A stretch of DNA of 64,000 nt from NCBI GenBank assembly GCA_963422735.1, contig OY730476.1, positions 4,160,001-4,224,000 on the forward strand. The letters run 5' to 3'. Under the pieces are notes generated by a model that was given only the letters and a program-made list of their open reading frames with translations, was not told where the DNA came from and made no database searches. This stretch comes from Candidatus Latescibacterota bacterium. GTDB lineage: Bacteria > Latescibacterota > UBA2968 > UBA8231. Numbering within the stretch: position 1 is the first letter of the stretch; every line of letters starts with the position of its first letter. Of the stretch, positions 1 through 9,294 are shown piece after piece. Made by a program: the position numbers and the translations under genes.

Positions 1-2
1 CA

Positions 3-2303
3 GATGACATTGCCCTGCCCAACTCGACCTTTGCGGCGATCGTGCGCAGCCCGCATGCCCACGCCGCGATCAAGGGCGTCGATACCGCGGCCGCGGCGGC
101 CGCTTCTGGCGTGGTCGCTGTCTTTACAGGTGCCGACCTCGAAGCCGCTGGCGTCGCCGGCCTGCCCTGCGGCTGGCAGGTGGATTTCAAAAATGGCGAC
201 ACCATGAAGGAGCCGGCCCATCCGGTGCTGGCCGCGGCCAGAGTGCGCCACGTCGGCGACCCGGTCGCCATCGTCTTGGCCGAGAGCCGCGAGCAAGCCG
301 CAGATGCCGCCGAGCTGGTGGCAGTGGAGTACGAGGTCTTGGACGCGGTCGTCGCGGCAACCCAAGCGATAGAAAAAGGTGCGCCGCAGTTGTTCGACGA
401 TGTGCCCAACAACACGTCCTTCGACTGGGAGCTCGGCGATCAAGCGGCGACGGACGCCGCCTTGGCCAGCGCCGCGCACGTCACCACCTTGGAGTTCGAC
501 AATCAGCGGCTCATCCCCAACGCGATTGAGCCGCGCTGCGCCATTGGCGATTACGACGGCGCGCGCGAGCACTACACGCTCTACACCTCGTCGCAGAACC
601 CCCACGTCATTCGCCTGCTGCTGACGGCGTTTGTCCTGAATCTGCCCGAGCACAAGGTGCGCGTGGTCTCGCCGGATGTGGGCGGCGGTTTTGGCTCCAA
701 AATTTTTCACTATGCCGAAGAGGTCCTCGTCACGTGGTGCTCCCGCCAGATTGGCCGCCCGGTCAAGTGGACGGCCAGCCGCAGCGAGGCATTCCTCACC
801 GACGCCCACGGCCGCGACCACCACACCAAGGTCGATCTCGGGCTCGACGCCGACGGCCACTTTGTCGGCTTGCGGGTCAAAACCGTCGCCAACCTCGGCG
901 CGTACCTATCGACCTTCGCGCCCTGTGTGCCCACGTATCTCTACGGCACGCTCTTGCAAGGACTATACACGACCCCGGCGATCCACGTCGATGTCACCGG
1001 CGTCTTCACCAACACCACTCCGGTTGACGCCCTGCGCGGCGCGGGCCGCCCTGAGGCCACGTACGTTCTCGAGCGCACGGTCGAGCAGGCCGCCTTGGAG
1101 ACGGGCCGCGACCCGGCCCAACTGCGGAGCAAGAATTTTATCCCGCCCTTTGACGGCGTCGAGCAGGAAGGCTATCAGACCCAAGTGGCCCTGCAATACG
1201 ACAGCGGCAACTACGAAGCCGTGCTCGAAAAAGCCCTCGCGGCCGTCGGCTACGACGAACTGCGCGCAGAGCAGGCCAAGGCCCGCGCCGCCGGGAACGG
1301 TCGCTATCTCGGCATTGGCTTTTCGACCTATATCGAAGCCTGCGGCATTGCGCCCTCGGCCGTGGTCGGCGCATTGGGAGCTCGCGCCGGCCTCTTTGAG
1401 AGCGCGGGCGTTCGCGTCCAGCCCACCGGCAAAGTCTCCGTCTTCACCGGCAGCCACTCGCACGGGCAGGGCCACGAGACGACCTTCGCCCAGGTGGTGG
1501 CCGACGGCTTGGGCGTGGCGATCGAAGACGTGGACATCATTCACGGCGACACCGAGTCCGTGCCCTTTGGCATGGGTACCTATGGCTCGCGCTCGCTGGC
1601 CGTAGGCGGCACGGCCATCGTCAAGAGCATGGATAAGATCAAGGAGAAGGGGGCCAAGATCGCGGCTCACTTGCTCGAAGCTGCCGAGGAGGACCTCGAA
1701 TTCGCCGAGGGCAGTTGGGCGGTCAAGGGCACCGATCAGTCGATCTCCTTTGGCGAGGTCGCGCTGGCCGCGTACGTGCCGCACAATTTCCCCGAGGGGC
1801 TGGAGCCGGGGTTGGAGTTTACCAGCTTCTACGACCCGGTCAATTTTACCTTTCCCTTTGGTGCCCACATAGCGGTCGTGGAGGTGGATGCCGAGACTGG
1901 CGTGGTCGCGGTGCAGCGCTACGTCGCCGTTGACGATGTGGGCAATATCGTCAATCCCATGATCGTCGAAGGCCAAGTCGCAGGCGGCATTACGCACGGT
2001 ATTGGCCAAGCCCTGTTCGAGGAAGCCGTGTACGACGACAGCGGCCAGCTCATTTCTGGCTCGTATATGGACTACGTCCTGCCGCGCGCCGACGACCTGC
2101 CTTCCTTTGAATCCGACCACACTGTCACGCCCTGTCCGCACAATCCCCTCGGCGTCAAGGGCGCTGGCGAGACCGGCACGATTGGCTCGCCGCCGGCCAT
2201 TGTCAACGCCGTGCTCGACGCCCTGTGGCCTTTGGGTGTGCGCGACCTGACGATGCCGCTGACGCCTCAGAAGGTGTGGCAGGCCATCCAGCAAGTTAGC
2301 TAA
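3..2303 (+). CDS. Xanthine dehydrogenase family molybdopterin-binding large subunit (CoxL/CutL-like, form II-type); 5' end lies before the window
   Basis: Frame is open from position 3. Motifs VGGGFGSK, ALRGAGRPEA, HGQGHETT, GTYGSRS and KGAGETG. Confidence 0.92.
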   Translation, partial: DDIALPNSTFAAIVRSPHAHAAIKGVDTAAAAAASGVVAVFTGADLEAAGVAGLPCGWQVDFKNGDTMKEPAHPVLAAARVRHVGDPVAIVLAESREQAADAAELVAVEYEVLDAVVAATQAIEKGAPQLFDDVPNNTSFDWELGDQAATDAALASAAHVTTLEFDNQRLIPNAIEPRCAIGDYDGAREHYTLYTSSQNPHVIRLLLTAFVLNLPEHKVRVVSPDVGGGFGSKIFHYAEEVLVTWCSRQIGRPVKWTASRSEAFLTDAHGRDHHTKVDLGLDADGHFVGLRVKTVANLGAYLSTFAPCVPTYLYGTLLQGLYTTPAIHVDVTGVFTNTTPVDALRGAGRPEATYVLERTVEQAALETGRDPAQLRSKNFIPPFDGVEQEGYQTQVALQYDSGNYEAVLEKALAAVGYDELRAEQAKARAAGNGRYLGIGFSTYIEACGIAPSAVVGALGARAGLFESAGVRVQPTGKVSVFTGSHSHGQGHETTFAQVVADGLGVAIEDVDIIHGDTESVPFGMGTYGSRSLAVGGTAIVKSMDKIKEKGAKIAAHLLEAAEEDLEFAEGSWAVKGTDQSISFGEVALAAYVPHNFPEGLEPGLEFTSFYDPVNFTFPFGAHIAVVEVDAETGVVAVQRYVAVDDVGNIVNPMIVEGQVAGGITHGIGQALFEEAVYDDSGQLISGSYMDYVLPRADDLPSFESDHTVTPCPHNPLGVKGAGETGTIGSPPAIVNAVLDALWPLGVRDLTMPLTPQKVWQAIQQVS

Positions 2304-2317
2304 GGAGAAGACCGACC

Positions 2318-3133
2318 ATGATACCTGTCGCGTTTGATTATCATCGTCCCTCTTCAATAGATGAGGCGATTCAGCTCCTCTCGGACGACGCCAAGTTCTT
2401 GGCTGGTGGCCACAGCCTTTTGCCGGCCATGAAGCTGCGCCTGTCGGCACCGGGCGCACTGATCGATATTGGTCGGCTCGCGGAGTGCAACTACATCAGA
2501 GAGGATGGCGACGCCGTAGCCATTGGTGCTGTCACCACCCATCACCAGATTGCGACCTCGCCCCTGACCAACGCCCGCGTCGCTGCGCTGGCCCAAGCCG
2601 CTGCGGTCATCGGCGATCCCCAGGTGCGCAACAAGGGCACTATTGGCGGCTCCTTGGCCCATGCCGATCCAGCGGCCGACTACCCGGCCGCCATTTTGGC
2701 GTTGGGTGCTGAGATCAAGGTCAGGAGCAAGGAGGGCGAGCGCGCAATTCCCGCGGACGAATTTTTTGTCGATCTGTTTTTGACCGCACTCGCGCCGGAC
2801 GAGATCATCACCGAGGTGCGAGTGCCGACCGCGGAAAAATCGGCTTATGTCAAATTCCCGCATCCGGCCTCGCGCTTTGCCGTCGTCGGCTGCGCCGCCG
2901 CCTCGGCCGGAGGCGCGGTCAAGGTGGCCTTTACGGGTGTGGCCAATGCGGCCTTCCGCGATAGTGGGGTTGAAGAGGCCCTCAGCGGCGGCTTGGGCGC
3001 GGAAGCGATCTCTGCGGCCGCCGCACGAGCGGCCGACGGACAGGAGATACTTGCCGACCACTTTGCTGGCGAAGAGTACCGCCGCCACTTGGCCAAGGTT
3101 TTTGCCCGCAAGGCGCTTGCGGCCATCGTCTGA
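2318..3133 (+). CDS. Xanthine/CO dehydrogenase family FAD-binding medium subunit (CoxM/CutM-like)
   Basis: Motifs LAGGHSLLPAMKLR and VRNKGTIGGSLAHADPAAD; AAGGAG ribosome-binding site; follows the large subunit. Confidence 0.92.
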   Translation: MIPVAFDYHRPSSIDEAIQLLSDDAKFLAGGHSLLPAMKLRLSAPGALIDIGRLAECNYIREDGDAVAIGAVTTHHQIATSPLTNARVAALAQAAAVIGDPQVRNKGTIGGSLAHADPAADYPAAILALGAEIKVRSKEGERAIPADEFFVDLFLTALAPDEIITEVRVPTAEKSAYVKFPHPASRFAVVGCAAASAGGAVKVAFTGVANAAFRDSGVEEALSGGLGAEAISAAAARAADGQEILADHFAGEEYRRHLAKVFARKALAAIV

Positions 3134-3155
3134 GTACCGTTGCACCTCACAGAAT

Positions 3156-3196
3156 AGCCCCCGATGCCGGTTGAGCGTCGGGGGCTTTCTCTTTTG
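3156..3196 (+). terminator. Intrinsic terminator
   Basis: AGCCCCCGATGC-loop-GCGTCGGGGGCT followed by TTCTCTTTT. Confidence 0.8.
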
Positions 3197-3253
3197 AGCG
3201 GGTAATATTTTGTGCGCCTTTCTTTCGTTAATACCCTACTATTTGCTCGTCCC

Positions 3254-3451
3254 TTATTCCATCTCGTGTATAAAAATTGCTTCGATCGGCTCTAAAAAAA
3301 TGTGGGCGATCTTAAATGCCAGCGGCAGACTTGGGTCGTATTTGCCCTTTTCGAGGGCGTTCACCGTTTGCCGAGAGACCTCCAGACGGTCCGCGAGATC
3401 AGCTTGGGTCCAGTCGCGCTCGGCGCGCAACACCTTTAGGCGATTTTTCAT
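3254..3451 (-). CDS. XRE/Cro-C1 HTH transcriptional regulator
   Basis: MKNRLKVLRAERDWTQADLA...VSRQTVNALEKGKYDPSLPLAFKIA. Confidence 0.93.
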   Translation of the reverse strand: MKNRLKVLRAERDWTQADLADRLEVSRQTVNALEKGKYDPSLPLAFKIAHIFLEPIEAIFIHEME

Positions 3452-3867
3452 CGGTAGCGGATATGGCCGACGATAACTGAGACCACGAATGTAAACGACA
3501 TTAGCAAAATGATATCTGAGACTTCTGCATCCGTTATGAATTTTGCGGTTACCATCAGCGAATAACTAAAGCTGCCGACGAGCGCGACGCCCATAGATAT
3601 AGCGAGTGCATCGAGTTGGATCTTGCGCTGCAGCTCATCCATGTATTTCAGGTGGCGCAAATACGACAAGATCATGCCGATACCGATGCCCGCGTTGAGG
3701 ACGATCGCGATAGCGGATATCAAAGCAGAGGAATACCATTCGTATAATATCGCTTTGTCGGCCAACACCATCGTCATCGACCAAGTAAAGGTCCAACAAA
3801 GAAAACGAATCGCGTTTTTTGCATTACCGTTAGTAAGACAACTCAAATTGACCATTGGCTTCTCCAT
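3448..3867 (-). CDS. Four-TM membrane protein coupled to the XRE regulator
   Basis: Hydrophobic helices and MDELQRKIQLDALA motif; its stop overlaps the regulator start; AT-richer than the flanks. Confidence 0.8.
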   Translation of the reverse strand: MEKPMVNLSCLTNGNAKNAIRFLCWTFTWSMTMVLADKAILYEWYSSALISAIAIVLNAGIGIGMILSYLRHLKYMDELQRKIQLDALAISMGVALVGSFSYSLMVTAKFITDAEVSDIILLMSFTFVVSVIVGHIRYR

Positions 3868-3890
3868 GAGTCTGCTATCCTTTCCATAAA

Positions 3891-3949
3891 GTAAAGCCTG
3901 CTTTACTAAAGATATAATCCGAAAAATTGTAATGTCAAGCTTATTTTAC
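3891..3949 (-). promoter_or_regulatory. Sigma70-like promoter with two palindromic operators
   Basis: GTAAAGcctgCTTTAC (3891-3906) and GTCAAGcttaTTTTAC (3934-3949); the second overlaps a minus-strand TTGACA. Confidence 0.6.
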
Positions 3950-4001
3950 AAAAAGATTAGCGTACATGACTTTAAGGACGATTTTATACATATAGATAAA
4001 A

Positions 4002-4046
4002 CGGGAAAAGCCTTCGACCTTATTCCAGCATCGAAGGCTTTTCCCG
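4002..4046. terminator. Perfect-stem hairpin, probable terminator
   Basis: CGGGAAAAGCCTTCGA...TCGAAGGCTTTTCCCG. Confidence 0.7.
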
Positions 4047-4220
4047 CTCTTATAACGAGCTTTTTTAGTAAATTTTGCCTAGCCCCACAAACTGGGCCGG
4101 TATCGACTCCTTCGGCAACTACGGCTTGGCTTCTTCTTCAAGTCAGTTTCGGAAGCTCTGGATATGGCACGCTTCCTCTTCGCGTCTCAAAAAATTGCGG
4201 ATCGCCTTGATGAATGGCAC

Positions 4221-4648
4221 CTAATTCAGCCGTTTCTTGATGACGTTCACGCTCTTGCGAATCACTCCCGTCCGGTATTCGAGCAGACCTAATCGCCGGT
4301 TAAGGTGCTTTGTGTCCTTGGACAACTGGACAGCGAGCACGTCCGTTTTGGTGGTCAGCTTCTTAGATCGGTAGCGTATCTCACCAATCTTGGTGTTAAG
4401 TCGCCCCAAGCGCCCGTCCATCTGAGCCAGCTTTGAACCGAGGCTGTAGCTTGCCCAGTTGCTTGGCGAGGCGGCCTACTTGCCGGTCGAGGCCCTTGAC
4501 GTGTTTCTGTACGCCCGACACTTGCTCCGAGACTGCGGCGATTTGCTCGGTTAAAGACTCGGCGACTTGCTGCTGATAGGCTTTCATGTCGCTTGAGACT
4601 TTCCACAACAGAAGGGCCAGTGCCACAAAGCCTGCGATATTTGGTCAT
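4221..4648 (-). pseudogene. Frameshifted membrane-anchored coiled-coil protein
   Basis: Three overlapping frames join as MTK / IAGFVALALLLWKVSSDMKAYQQQ... / MDGRLGRLNTKIGE... Confidence 0.45.
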
Positions 4649-4739
4649 CGCGTGCCTCCCTCAAGGCTTATTGGCTAACGACTTGCCACCCGTCGGCCAA
4701 CATTTGAGTAATCAACAAATTTTAGGCCAAGCTCCACGC

Positions 4740-4929
4740 ACAGACCCTGCCCTGAGATGGGCTGGCTGTGCAACGTCGAACTCGACACTCCGCACGACGC
4801 CGTCTTCCACGTCGCGAACATATTATCGGGCAATTGGTGCAGGACCGTAGCACCCGCTACATAGCTCTCTGGGCTGCGATTTTGCGCTAACAAACGCAGG
4901 ATAGACTGCTGAAACGCGCTTAGGGACAT
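4740..4929 (-). pseudogene. N-terminal relic of an AbiEii-like nucleotidyltransferase
   Basis: MSLSAFQQSILRLLAQNRSPESYVAGATVLH, then frameshifted RDVEDGVVRSVEFD; family recognised from memory. Confidence 0.5.
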
Positions 4930-5190
4930 AAGCGGGCGGCCAAGATAAATCCCTGCCGGCCTCGTGCGATCTCGGGTATATCTCCGACGCCTATCTCCAA
5001 ATCCCGGCGCAAATACCAGAAACACCGGACGTAGTAATCGGCAAAGGACGCTCAGGCTCGCACAGCGTATTTTCGCGTTGTTTTGGGTGCACGGTTTGCT
5101 TCTTAGGGATGATACGCGAGAAACGGCGATTACATATTGGGTTGTACTTTGCAAGATTCTTTCGGGCAAGGGGTCTTGACTTGTGAGACA

Positions 5191-6873
5191 TTAGTCCCGC
5201 GTCAGTTGCCGGTAGCGGACCCGCCGAGGCACGGCCGAATCCTCGCCTAGGCGCGCTTTCTTGTTCTCCTCGTACTCCGAAAAATTGCCCTCGAACCAAT
5301 AGACTTGGCTATCGCCCTCAAACGCCAGAATATGCGTGGCGATCCGATCCAAAAACCACCTATCGTGGCTGATGACCACTACGCAGCCGGCGAAGTTTTC
5401 CAACCCCTCCTCCAGTGCGCGCAGCGTATGCACGTCTAGGTCGTTGGTCGGCTCGTCGAGCAGGAACACATTGGCTTGCTCCTTGAGCACCTTGGCCAGA
5501 TGCACCCGATTGCGTTGCCCGCCCGAGAGCGCAGCGACCTTCTGCTGCTGGTCGGCGCCGATGAAGTTGAAGCGTGCGAGGTACGCCCGCGAATTTACCT
5601 TGCGCTCGCCCAGTTCGATTTCCTCCTCGCCTCCTGAGATCTCCTGCCAGACGGTGTTTTCCCCCACCAGGGTTTCCCGGCTCTGATCCACGTACCCCAG
5701 CCGCACGGTCTCGCCGATGCGGAGTTGGCCGCTGTCGGCGCTTTCTTGGCCGGTAATCAGCCGGAACAGGGTCGTCTTGCCCGCGCCGTTGGGTCCGATG
5801 ACCCCGACGATCCCACCCGAGGGCAGCGCGAAATCCATGTTCTCGAAGATAATGCGATCGCCGTAGCGCTTGCTCATGCCCTTGGCCTCAATGGCGATAT
5901 CGCCCAGCCTCGGCCCCGGCGGAATGTAGAGTTGCACCGCCTCGTTCCGCCGCACCCGATCCTGATTTAGCAATTCCTCGTAGGCCCTGATCCTAGCCTT
6001 GGCCTTCTGCTGCTTGGCCTTCGGCGTCATGCGGATCCATTCCAGCTCGCGCTCCAGCGTTCGCTGTCTTTCGCTCTCGCTTTTTTCTTCTAGCCGCAGT
6101 CGCTCCTTTTTCTGCTCTAGCCACGACGAATAATTCCCCTTCCACGGTACGCCGCGCCCTTGGTCTAGCTCCAGAATCCAGCCCGCCACATTGTCGAGAA
6201 AATACCGATCGTGAGTAACGGCGATCACCGTCCCTTGGTACTGGTGCAAATGCCCCTCCAGCCACGCCACTGTTTCGGCATCGAGGTGGTTGGTCGGCTC
6301 GTCTAAAAGCAGAATATCCGGCTGGCGAAGCAACAACCGACACAGCGCCACCCGCCGCCGCTCGCCGCCTGAAAGCGTGGAGACCTCTTGGTCTTCGGGC
6401 GGACAGCCAAGCGCATCCATCGCCATATCCAGCCGACTATCCAAATCCCAAGCCCCGGCCGCGTCGAGTTGTTCAGCCACGGTGGCCTGCCGCTCGATCA
6501 GGGCGTTCATCGCGTCGTCGTCCATAGGTTCGGCGAACTGGGCGTTGATGCCCTCGTACTCGCGCAGCAAATCCACCGTCTCCTGCACGCCCTCCTCGAC
6601 GATCTCCTTGATCGTTTTCCCCTTTTCCAACTCGGGTTCCTGCGTTAGGTACCCCACGGTAAACCCCGGCTGTACGCGAATGGTCCCCTCGTATTCGCCG
6701 TCTCTGCCGGCCACAATCCGCAACAAGGTGCTCTTCCCCGACCCATTCAAGCCCAACACCCCGATCTTGGCCCCATAAAAGTACGACAGTGAAATGTCTG
6801 CGAGAACCACCTTCCGGTTGTAGTGCTTGCTCACCTTGTACATCGAATAGATGACTTTTTCCGCTTCGCTCAT
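5191..6873 (-). CDS. ettA: Energy-dependent translational throttle protein EttA (ABC-F)
   Basis: Two ABC cassettes (GLNGSGKST, GPNGAGKTT); ISLSYFYGAKIGVLG start; DRIATHILAFEGDS...FEGNFSEYE end. Confidence 0.95.
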   Translation of the reverse strand: MSEAEKVIYSMYKVSKHYNRKVVLADISLSYFYGAKIGVLGLNGSGKSTLLRIVAGRDGEYEGTIRVQPGFTVGYLTQEPELEKGKTIKEIVEEGVQETVDLLREYEGINAQFAEPMDDDAMNALIERQATVAEQLDAAGAWDLDSRLDMAMDALGCPPEDQEVSTLSGGERRRVALCRLLLRQPDILLLDEPTNHLDAETVAWLEGHLHQYQGTVIAVTHDRYFLDNVAGWILELDQGRGVPWKGNYSSWLEQKKERLRLEEKSESERQRTLERELEWIRMTPKAKQQKAKARIRAYEELLNQDRVRRNEAVQLYIPPGPRLGDIAIEAKGMSKRYGDRIIFENMDFALPSGGIVGVIGPNGAGKTTLFRLITGQESADSGQLRIGETVRLGYVDQSRETLVGENTVWQEISGGEEEIELGERKVNSRAYLARFNFIGADQQQKVAALSGGQRNRVHLAKVLKEQANVFLLDEPTNDLDVHTLRALEEGLENFAGCVVVISHDRWFLDRIATHILAFEGDSQVYWFEGNFSEYEENKKARLGEDSAVPRRVRYRQLTRD

Positions 6874-6874
6874 A

Positions 6875-7810
6875 TCAGCTCAATCCTTTGTATGCTGTAA
6901 ATACAATTCCCAAATCTCGTTTAGCCCGCGCCAAGTCCGAATACGGCTGCCGCCCCGGCTCCTGCAAACACTGCAAGAAGTCCCGCATCATGCCCCCATA
7001 GCCCATCAAGTCCCCCAATCCCGGAAAGTAGAGCCGCTTCCGCCGCCCCCGCAAACGCACGTATAGCCCATTGCACTCAAAGACGATCCGTCCCTTCGTC
7101 CCCAAAATCCGCGCGTGCTGAAAGGTGCCCTTGGTCAGGCTGAAGGCGTTCCAAGCATAGCGCAAAACCAGCTCGGCCCCCGAGGCGTATTCGACCCGCA
7201 CTACCGAATTCCGCTCCGGCTCGCCCGCCCGGTGCCCGGGAAACTCCGCCGTCACTTGCTGGGGTGCGTCGGCGAAAAGGTCCGCTCCGAGGGCCACGAA
7301 GTGGATCCCTCCCTCCAGCAGTGCGCCATAGCCGCTTTTCCATCCCGCGGTCTGCTGAGTAAAGCATTTGCCAATGGTCGCCTGCTGCACCTCGCCGATA
7401 AAACCTTGCCGGACGATCCACTTGAGCAACTTAAGCAAAGGCTTGTAGTAGTAGTTTTCCGCGATCATCAGTAGTGCATCTGAATGGGCCGCCGCGGCCG
7501 CGCCAATCGCCGCCAAGTCGTCCGCTGTAGCGCACAAGGGCTTTTCCACCAGTACCCCCTTGCCGGCTGCCAATGCTGCGACGACCTGTGGCCGATGGGC
7601 ATTCGGTGGCGAGCTGATCAGTATCGCATCCACCGTGCTGTCGAGAGCTTCGGCGTACGATGCAAAGACCTGCCCCCCGCCGCATTGGCGGCTGAGGGAC
7701 TCTGCGCTAGTCCGCGTGCGGCTGTGAAATGACAGCTCGACCTTGCCGACGAGGTTTTTCGCGTGCAGGCGACCGATGGTGCCGCATCCTACTAGACAAA
7801 CCTTCTTCAT
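6875..7810 (-). CDS. Gfo/Idh/MocA family oxidoreductase
   Basis: Likely start MKKVCLVGCGTIG at 7810 (ATGA overlap with the GMC stop); VLVEKP motif. Confidence 0.88.
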   Translation of the reverse strand: MKKVCLVGCGTIGRLHAKNLVGKVELSFHSRTRTSAESLSRQCGGGQVFASYAEALDSTVDAILISSPPNAHRPQVVAALAAGKGVLVEKPLCATADDLAAIGAAAAAHSDALLMIAENYYYKPLLKLLKWIVRQGFIGEVQQATIGKCFTQQTAGWKSGYGALLEGGIHFVALGADLFADAPQQVTAEFPGHRAGEPERNSVVRVEYASGAELVLRYAWNAFSLTKGTFQHARILGTKGRIVFECNGLYVRLRGRRKRLYFPGLGDLMGYGGMMRDFLQCLQEPGRQPYSDLARAKRDLGIVFTAYKGLS

Positions 7811-9294
7811 CGCTTTGCTAGAATTCGCTCGGCGGCCCGCAGGGCGTTGGCTGCGATCGTCAGACTTGGATTTACCCCGCCCGAAGACGGCATGAAGCTG
7901 CCGTCGGACACGTAGAGATTTTCGCTGTCCCAATAGCGGCAATCCACGTCGAGTACGCCTTCCTCCGGTGCGGTGGCGCAGCGCAGGGTACCTACGGCGT
8001 GCGAGAAGGAATCGATCAAGTAGCGATAGTGCAGCAGACCGCCTGCTTGCCGCAATACGGCCTCTGCTTTGGCCAACAAGTAGTCGCGGCGGCGACAGTC
8101 GGCGTTGCTGTAGGCGTGCTCTATCTGCACCAGTTCCATGCCGAAGACGTCCTGCTCGCCGGCCAACGACACGCGGTTTTCTCGGCTTGGATCGTCTTCG
8201 GCGATGCAGAGCAAGCTCTGCATGCGGCTGGCCAGCAGCCCGGCGAGGGTCTTGAGGCCCCAAGGGGTGTGGTGTCGGATGATGGGGGGAGCTGGCGTGT
8301 AGATGTCTTGGATGACGCCTGTGGCCGTACCCAATTCAGCGCGCAGGTCTTCGTAGAAATCGGAAAGGCAGAGCTGTTTGTGGAAGACCTGCTGTGGGTT
8401 GGTGCGAAAGGGAAAGACGCAACTGACAACCCCGTTGCAGTGGCGCATGAGAAAGCGCCCAATCAGGGGGTGATCGAATCCCGAGCGCAGCATCAGGGCC
8501 GGGCTATTGAGCGCCCCGGCAGCCAAGACCACCAAGTCGGCCGAAAGCGCGTGGGTTTGCCGGGATGCGCTGTCCACGTATTCGACTCGCTCGACGCGCC
8601 CGCCCCGTTGCACCAGCCGCCGCGCCACCGCGCCGACGACAATATCCAGCCCGGCCGCCGAGGCAGCGGCCAGTACGGTGGAAGCCATGTCGTTTTTGGC
8701 CTCCACCTTACAGGGGAATCCGTCACAGGTGATACAGCGCAGACAAAGAGGCCGGGTGCGGTCGGAAAAGTTGATCGCCAGTGGGATCTTGAACGGCCGC
8801 AGTCCCAAGGCTGTTCCCGCTCGGTAAATGCGCCGGGCTGGTGCGCTTAATTCAACAGCGCGGCGCGGATAGGCATCCAGCCCCGGGGGCTGGTAGGGAT
8901 CGGAGTCCACCTCGCCGTGTACTCCAAGAAGTTGCTCGGCGCGGGCGTAGTACGGTGCTAAGTCTGCATAGGAAAAGGGCCAGCGGGCAAAATCCGCCGG
9001 CCGCAGCCGCAGCGACGCTCCGCCGTAAAAGACCGAGTTGCCGCCGACGACCTCGTTGGGATAGGTGCGCTGAAAGGTGCGGCGTCCGTACTGCTTGACC
9101 AAAAGAGGCGAGGCTGCGCGGTAGCGCTTTTGCAGTAGGATGGTGCGCTGATCCCAGTCCGCGTCGTCGCGCTTGGCCCATTGGCCTCGCTCCAGCAGCG
9201 CGGTCTTCAGCCCGGCTTGCACCAGCACGTGAGCCACCAACGAGCCGCCGAATCCGGAGCCGATTACCACTGCATCATAGTGCGCCGCGTTCAT
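7807..9294 (-). CDS. GMC family FAD oxidoreductase
   Basis: DAVVIGSGFGG, VGGNSVFYG, CxxCxxCDGFPC, HAVGTLR and GVNPSLTIAANALR motifs. Confidence 0.92.
   Translation of the reverse strand: MNAAHYDAVVIGSGFGGSLVAHVLVQAGLKTALLERGQWAKRDDADWDQRTILLQKRYRAASPLLVKQYGRRTFQRTYPNEVVGGNSVFYGGASLRLRPADFARWPFSYADLAPYYARAEQLLGVHGEVDSDPYQPPGLDAYPRRAVELSAPARRIYRAGTALGLRPFKIPLAINFSDRTRPLCLRCITCDGFPCKVEAKNDMASTVLAAASAAGLDIVVGAVARRLVQRGGRVERVEYVDSASRQTHALSADLVVLAAGALNSPALMLRSGFDHPLIGRFLMRHCNGVVSCVFPFRTNPQQVFHKQLCLSDFYEDLRAELGTATGVIQDIYTPAPPIIRHHTPWGLKTLAGLLASRMQSLLCIAEDDPSRENRVSLAGEQDVFGMELVQIEHAYSNADCRRRDYLLAKAEAVLRQAGGLLHYRYLIDSFSHAVGTLRCATAPEEGVLDVDCRYWDSENLYVSDGSFMPSSGGVNPSLTIAANALRAAERILAKR

Noticed and set aside
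963-2459. 498-aa antisense ORF and many similar shadow ORFs
   Set aside because: They lie opposite well-supported genes and are expected from high-GC codon bias.
7811-8263. Long N-terminal extension of the Gfo ORF (also the ORF-track extensions at 31431-31709 and 54665-54916)
   Set aside because: These overlap other genes or relics; the family-typical starts lie downstream.
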